Shown here piece after piece: positions 44,437 to 48,514 of a stretch of DNA of 48,514 nucleotides (its first letter is position 1; each line of letters opens with the position of its first letter). The position numbers and the translations under genes are program-made. The notes beneath the pieces are model-generated. The model ran no database searches, was not told where the DNA came from, and was given only the letters and a program-made list of their open reading frames with translations. The stretch is from positions 1-48,514 of the forward strand of contig URCT01000002.1 of NCBI GenBank assembly GCA_900546385.1, given 5' to 3'. This stretch comes from an uncultured Eubacteriales bacterium (GTDB lineage: Bacteria > Bacillota > Clostridia > Oscillospirales > CAG-382).

Positions 44437-45534
44437 ATGAATTCACCCAAAAAGCAAGGCGTTCTGAACGTCGCCATTATCGGCCAAGGCCGCAGCGGCC
44501 GCGATATTCACGGCGCGTATTTCCTGTCAGAAGCCTCCAAAAAATATTATCGCGTCGTCGCCGTCGTCGATGCCCTTGCCTCGCGCCGTGCCCGTGCCGC
44601 CAACGAATTCGGCTGCCATGTCTACGACGACTACAAGCTTTTATTTGACCACAACGATATCGATCTCGTCATCAACTCCACCTTTTCCGACGAGCATTAT
44701 CCCATCACCATGGATCTTTTGGAGCACGGTCTTAACGTCGTGTGCGAAAAGCCGTTTTCCGCCTATGCCGACGAGTGCGAAGCCATGATCCGTGCAGCAA
44801 AAGAGCATAACTGCCTTCTCACCGTGTTTCAACAGTCCCGGCTTGCCTCCTACTATAAGCGTATTCACGAGATCCTCGAAAGCGGCGTTCTCGGCGAAAT
44901 CGCACAGATAAGCATTGCGTTTTCCGGCTTCTCGCGCCGTTGGGACTGGCAGACCAGCAAGCGCTTCTACGGCGGAAGCCTCTTAAACACCGGCCCTCAT
45001 CCGCTCGACCAAGCATTGGATCTTCTGAACCTCGCTGAGGATGAGCTGCCGCAGGTGGTATATTCCAAGCTCGGCAAATACAATTCCTTCGGCGATGCCG
45101 AGGACTACGCCAAGGTGCTTCTCACCGCGCCCGGCAGACCGCTCATCGACGTGGAAATCAGCAGCTGCGACGCTTATTCCGATTACACCTACAAGATCCA
45201 AGGCTCGCGCGGCTCGTTAAAAGCCACCATGAGCAAGCTGGAATGGAAGTATTTCGACCCGATCGAAGCGCCCGAACAAAAGCTCACGTTCGAAACGTTA
45301 GTCGGCGACGACGGTTATTCTCCGCAGTATTGCGGCGAACGGCTGCCTTGGCACTGCTTTACTGAGGAGTTGAACGGAACGGCGTTCGGCCTTGCCGTGG
45401 AGGATTACTATGAGCGGCTGTACAAAACCATGACCGAAGGTGCCGAGCTGTTCATCAAGCCGGAGGCGGTCGTCAAGCTCATTCGCGTGGCCGAAAGAGT
45501 CCACGCCGATAATCCCATGCCGGTCCTTTACTAA
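44437..45534 (+). CDS. Gfo/Idh/MocA-family NAD(P)-dependent oxidoreductase
   Basis: Start moved to ATG 44437 (GAAAGGAAGG upstream). Rossmann N-terminus LNVAIIGQGRSGRDIHG and the EKPF motif (NVVCEKPFS). The long track ORF from 44029 overlaps nagB in another frame. Confidence 0.85.
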   Translation: MNSPKKQGVLNVAIIGQGRSGRDIHGAYFLSEASKKYYRVVAVVDALASRRARAANEFGCHVYDDYKLLFDHNDIDLVINSTFSDEHYPITMDLLEHGLNVVCEKPFSAYADECEAMIRAAKEHNCLLTVFQQSRLASYYKRIHEILESGVLGEIAQISIAFSGFSRRWDWQTSKRFYGGSLLNTGPHPLDQALDLLNLAEDELPQVVYSKLGKYNSFGDAEDYAKVLLTAPGRPLIDVEISSCDAYSDYTYKIQGSRGSLKATMSKLEWKYFDPIEAPEQKLTFETLVGDDGYSPQYCGERLPWHCFTEELNGTAFGLAVEDYYERLYKTMTEGAELFIKPEAVVKLIRVAERVHADNPMPVLY

Positions 45535-45541
45535 GAATTTC

Positions 45542-45585
45542 AAAGCGGTGCGGTTTCTGAAGCGGAGACCGTCACCGCTTTTTTC
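45542..45585 (+). terminator. Rho-independent terminator after the oxidoreductase gene
   Basis: Interrupted 16-bp stem (AAAGCGGTG-CGGTTTC ... GAGACCG-t-CACCGCTTT) followed by a T-run. Confidence 0.8.
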
Positions 45586-45642
45586 GCAAAGCCAAGCAAG
45601 GTAAAAATTTGCGTTTTTTGTACATTTTTGAAGCATAAACAC

Positions 45643-45671
45643 TTGATTTGCCATCCAAAATCTGTTATAAT
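45643..45671 (+). promoter_or_regulatory. SigmaA promoter of nagA-AraC-GNAT
   Basis: TTGATT (45643-45648), 17 nt, TATAAT (45666-45671). Confidence 0.7.
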
Positions 45672-45686
45672 ACCATCGGATATCTT

Positions 45687-45704
45687 GAAAACATGGATGT
45701 TTTC
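45687..45704. promoter_or_regulatory. 18-bp near-perfect palindrome in the nagA leader (possible operator)
   Basis: GAAAACAT-GG-ATGTTTTC, 16 nt downstream of the -10 box and 27 nt upstream of the nagA ATG. Confidence 0.35.
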
Positions 45705-45730
45705 CGAATGTCCGTCAAGGAGAAACACGT

Positions 45731-46933
45731 ATGATCATCCAAATCACAAACGGTAAAATCATCACCCAAGATTCCATCCGCATCGACGCCGATCTCTATT
45801 TTGAGACGACCGTCGGCAAAATCATCGGCCTTTACCCAAAGCGTTCGCCGCTTGCGCCGACGCCCGACAAAACGCTCGACGCACAAGGCCTTTTCGTTTC
45901 GCCCGGCTTTATCGATTTACACACGCACGGTGCCGGCGGAGCGGATTTTCTCGACTGCGAAAAAGACGGCTTTCTGAAGGCTGCCGCCACGCACGCACGC
46001 CACGGAACGACGGCGCTCCTGCCGACGGCCACCTCAGGAGACCTCGCCGAGCTTTTTGAGACCATCGATGTCTACCGTGCCGCCAAGGAAGAGAACACGA
46101 CGGCCGCTTTCCTCGGCCTGCATCTCGAAGGCCCGTATTTTGCGCTCAGCCAAAAGGGTGCCCAAGACGAAGCGTATGTGCGCGGCTTCGACAAGGACGA
46201 ATACACGCGCATTCTCGCTTACGGCGGAAGCGATATCCGCCGATGGAGTGCCGCACCCGAGCTTGCCGGTGCCGAAGAATTTGCGCACACGCTCACATCG
46301 CACGGCGTGCTGCCGTCGATCGGGCACACCGACGCATCGGAGGACGACGTTTACAAGGCGTTTGACGCCGGATTTACGCACGTCACGCACCTTTATTCCT
46401 GCACCAGCGGCGTACACCGCAAGAACGGGCTTCGCTATGCCGGTGTCATCGAATGCGCCTACTTAAACGACCGCATGACGGTCGAGATCATTGCCGACGG
46501 CGTGCATCTTCCGGCTTCGCTCTTAAAGCTGGTGTACAAAATCAAAGGCGCGTACAGCACCGCCCTTGTCACCGATTCCATGCGTGCGGCCGGAATGCCC
46601 GAAGGTGAAAGCATTTTGGGCAGCAAAACGCATGGGCTTCGCGTCATCGTGGAGGACGGCGTTGCCAAAATGCCGGATCGCACCTGTTTTGCCGGGAGCG
46701 TTGCCACCATGGACAGGCTCGTGCGCAACATGGTGTATCTGGCCGGTGTATCGCTTGTCGATGCAGTGAAAATGGCCTCCGAAACACCGGCGCGCATCAT
46801 CGGTCAAGCGCATAAGGGTGCGCTGTTAGCCGGCTACGATGCGGATATCCTTCTTTTTGACGAAAACATACAGATCGACACGGTCATCATCGGCGGAAAG
46901 GCGGTTTTTTATGACCAAAAGAGAAACGCATAG
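45731..46933 (+). CDS. nagA: N-acetylglucosamine-6-phosphate deacetylase
   Basis: 400 aa with SD AAGGAGA. Amidohydrolase motifs GFIDLHTHGAGGADF, LGLHLEGPY and IGHTDAS, typical of NagA. Confidence 0.9.
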   Translation: MIIQITNGKIITQDSIRIDADLYFETTVGKIIGLYPKRSPLAPTPDKTLDAQGLFVSPGFIDLHTHGAGGADFLDCEKDGFLKAAATHARHGTTALLPTATSGDLAELFETIDVYRAAKEENTTAAFLGLHLEGPYFALSQKGAQDEAYVRGFDKDEYTRILAYGGSDIRRWSAAPELAGAEEFAHTLTSHGVLPSIGHTDASEDDVYKAFDAGFTHVTHLYSCTSGVHRKNGLRYAGVIECAYLNDRMTVEIIADGVHLPASLLKLVYKIKGAYSTALVTDSMRAAGMPEGESILGSKTHGLRVIVEDGVAKMPDRTCFAGSVATMDRLVRNMVYLAGVSLVDAVKMASETPARIIGQAHKGALLAGYDADILLFDENIQIDTVIIGGKAVFYDQKRNA

Positions 46934-47813
46934 AGCTTCCGACAGCGTCGAAAGCATCCGCGCGGCAAATCGAATGCGGGATTATCCCCAAGAGGATGTC
47001 AGTGTATTCTTAAAGGAATACCGCAACCCTTACATGATCACGCCGCATTTGCACACGGAATACGAGATCTACTACAACATAAACGGCGGCAAGGGCTTCT
47101 TTATCGACGACCACTACTACGACTGCAATCCGCATGACTTGTTCATCATCCGCAAAATGCACATTCACCGCGTGGCGGTCGGCGATCCGGACAATTATGT
47201 GCGGTGCGTCATCAGCATCGATTCGTCGTTTATCGACAAGTTAAGGCTGTTGCTTTCGGATCGCACAGCACTTGATTTTTTGGATGCGGTCGGCGAAACG
47301 CTGCCGGTCAAGGTGCATTTGGAAAAAGAGGATCACGAAAAGTACATGATGCACATCAAAGAGTATCTGCGGTTGGAGCAGGCGAAAAATTCGCTGCTTT
47401 TGACCTCGAAGCTGTTTGAACTGCTTGCCTTTATCAAATACGTCTATCGCGGAAAGGAGGGCGTTGTGATCCCGGAATCCGAGCCGGAATTGTGGTCGGA
47501 AAAGGCCATTCGCTACATTGAGCGCAATTTCAGGGAATGTCAGGCCTCCGAGGTGGCGCACGCCTTGAACATCAACGAAAACTATCTCAGCCGGCTGTTC
47601 AAAAACGAAACCGGCACGTCGCTCAACAACTATATCATCCAACGCCGCATCGCCGAGGCCAAAAAGCTTTTGTACAACGGCGTCAGCGTCAAGGACACCT
47701 GCACGTCCTCCGGGTTTAACGACTGCTCGAATTTTATCCGCACCTTCAAGAAGTTCACCGGAATGTCGCCGGGAACCATCAAAAAACAGCGCAGTTTTGA
47801 AGAGCAGCATTAA
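46911..47813 (+). CDS. AraC/XylS-family transcriptional regulator
   Basis: Start placed at ATG 46911 (GGAAAGG upstream; 23-nt overlap with the nagA end). Cupin-like ITPHLHTEYEIYYNINGGKGFFIDDHYY and a C-terminal HTH (QASEVAHALNINENYLSRLFKNETGTSLNNYIIQRR...FNDCSNFIRTFKKFTGMSPG). The exact start is uncertain. Confidence 0.8.
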   Translation: MTKRETHRASDSVESIRAANRMRDYPQEDVSVFLKEYRNPYMITPHLHTEYEIYYNINGGKGFFIDDHYYDCNPHDLFIIRKMHIHRVAVGDPDNYVRCVISIDSSFIDKLRLLLSDRTALDFLDAVGETLPVKVHLEKEDHEKYMMHIKEYLRLEQAKNSLLLTSKLFELLAFIKYVYRGKEGVVIPESEPELWSEKAIRYIERNFRECQASEVAHALNINENYLSRLFKNETGTSLNNYIIQRRIAEAKKLLYNGVSVKDTCTSSGFNDCSNFIRTFKKFTGMSPGTIKKQRSFEEQH

Positions 47814-47844
47814 GCCCACCCACAAAAGGAGCAATACAACCATC

Positions 47845-48348
47845 ATGCAAGACATTCTCATTCGATCCTATGATCCCCAAAACGCCGATGAAATTGCCGC
47901 CATGGCGCGCATTTGGAACAAGGTGGTAGAGGACGGGGTCGCATTTCCGCAAGAAGACTTTTTGGACACCGAAGGTGCGTCCGCATTTTTCGCCGCCCAG
48001 ACCGACTGCGGCGTTGCCGTTGACACCCAAACCGGCAGCATCTGCGGATTATACATTCTGCATCCGAACAATGTCGGCCGCTGCGGCCACATTGCAAATG
48101 CGAGCTATGCCGTATCGACCGAGCTTCGCGGCAGGCACATCGGCGAAAAGTTAGTGCTTGACTGCTTACGCAATGCCCGAGAGCATGGTTTTCGGATCAT
48201 GCAGTTCAACGCGGTAGTTGCCTCCAACACGCACGCAAGGCATCTTTATGAACGCATCGGTTTTGTGCCGCTTGGTGTGATTCCGGGCGGTTTCCGCATG
48301 AAAGACGGGCACTATGAGGACATTTGTCCGTACTATATCGTGCTTTAA
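47845..48348 (+). CDS. GNAT-family N-acetyltransferase
   Basis: Start moved to ATG 47845 (AAAGGAG upstream). Acetyl-CoA-binding motif RGRHIGEKLVLDCLRNAREHGFRIMQFNAVV...NTHARHLYERIGF. Confidence 0.85.
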   Translation: MQDILIRSYDPQNADEIAAMARIWNKVVEDGVAFPQEDFLDTEGASAFFAAQTDCGVAVDTQTGSICGLYILHPNNVGRCGHIANASYAVSTELRGRHIGEKLVLDCLRNAREHGFRIMQFNAVVASNTHARHLYERIGFVPLGVIPGGFRMKDGHYEDICPYYIVL

Positions 48349-48358
48349 GGCGCGTTTT

Positions 48359-48397
48359 CCGGGACTTTTCGAGGATTCGAAAAGTCCCGGATTTTTT
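48359..48397 (+). terminator. Rho-independent terminator after the GNAT gene
   Basis: 13-bp perfect stem CCGGGACTTTTCG / CGAAAAGTCCCGG with a 6-nt loop, then ATTTTTT. Confidence 0.9.
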
Positions 48398-48401
48398 GCA
48401 C

Positions 48402-48514
48402 GAATTTGTTGTTTTGTGCGCTGATTCGAGGTTTGCAGAACCTCGAATCTCCCTGCGGGAAGGTTTTAATTTTGTTAGTGGGAAGTTGTTGTTTGGGTGG
48501 GCTGATTCGAGGTT
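48402..48514. repeat. Two copies of an ~33-nt intergenic repeat, the first continuing into a perfect 11-bp hairpin
   Basis: gaatttgttgttttgtgcgctgattcgaggtt (48402-48433) versus gaagttgttgtttgggtgggctgattcgaggtt (48482-48514); GCTGATTCGAGGTT is identical in both, with an 81-nt period. Copy 1 continues as GATTCGAGGTT-tgcag-AACCTCGAATC (48423-48449). Copy 2 is cut by the window end. Confidence 0.6.

Noticed and set aside
48402-48514. Possible CRISPR array at the window end
   Set aside because: Only two copies are visible and they are imperfect (with indels). The 81-nt period is too long for a ~30-nt repeat plus a typical spacer. The repeat is itself part of a palindrome, and there are no cas genes in the window. 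Classified as an intergenic palindromic repeat instead.
1-48514. Looked for mobile elements, prophage genes, restriction/toxin-antitoxin/abortive-infection style defence genes, reverse transcriptase/DGR template-variable repeat pairs, and RiPP maturases
   Set aside because: None recognised. No transposase, integrase or recombinase motifs, no terminal inverted repeats flanking a gene block, no RT motif, and no radical-SAM CxxxCxxC or lasso-cyclase-like ORF. The novelty candidates here are surface proteins and small or non-coding elements, not a classical defence or mobile system.

Overview
This is a 48.5-kb chromosomal segment, moderately GC-rich by eye. It carries Firmicutes/Clostridia hallmarks: AGGAGG-type Shine-Dalgarno (SD) sites, several textbook TTGACA-17-TATAAT promoters, four SLH-domain wall-anchored proteins and a CotF spore-coat gene pair. 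The taxonomic call is inference. I found no rRNA, tRNA, CRISPR array, transposase, integrase or recognisable defence gene.

Layout:
1. 1-6.4 kb: AraC -> GH78 rhamnosidase, convergent with AraC -> GH95. All enzymes here lack signal peptides.
2. 6.6-13.6 kb: a two-gene operon for secreted proteins. One is a 1565-aa SLH/LamG/WbsX-like multidomain protein; the other is a 730-aa partner.
3. 13.7-30.8 kb, minus strand: an SLH protein with a transglutaminase-like core and an 18-bp tandem repeat; an unannotated 39-codon ORF with a very strong SD; and a two-gene operon for giant secreted proteins of 2337 aa and 2218 aa. The second giant protein is SLH-anchored, and the operon has a consensus promoter.
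4. 30.9-34.3 kb: a secreted GH78 gene broken by one frameshift and two apparent internal deletions.
5. 34.5-38.5 kb: AraC, a 245-nt helix-rich non-coding stretch, GH127 and a divergent AraC.
6. 38.6-43.3 kb: MgtC-like protein, an SLH-anchored serpin with a glycine-rich reactive loop, the CotF pair, an M42-peptidase-like protein that seems to have lost its metal ligands, and a tail-anchored hypothetical.
7. 43.5-48.3 kb: amino-sugar genes (nagB-like, Gfo/Idh/MocA oxidoreductase, nagA, AraC, GNAT), followed by palindromic repeats at the window edge.

The best candidate for something undescribed is the giant-protein operon together with its small acidic peptide and the neighbouring SLH/transglutaminase-like gene. 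I recognise no catalytic or named adhesin family in about 4500 aa of secreted protein.

All domain calls come from motif recognition by eye. None has been checked against a database.
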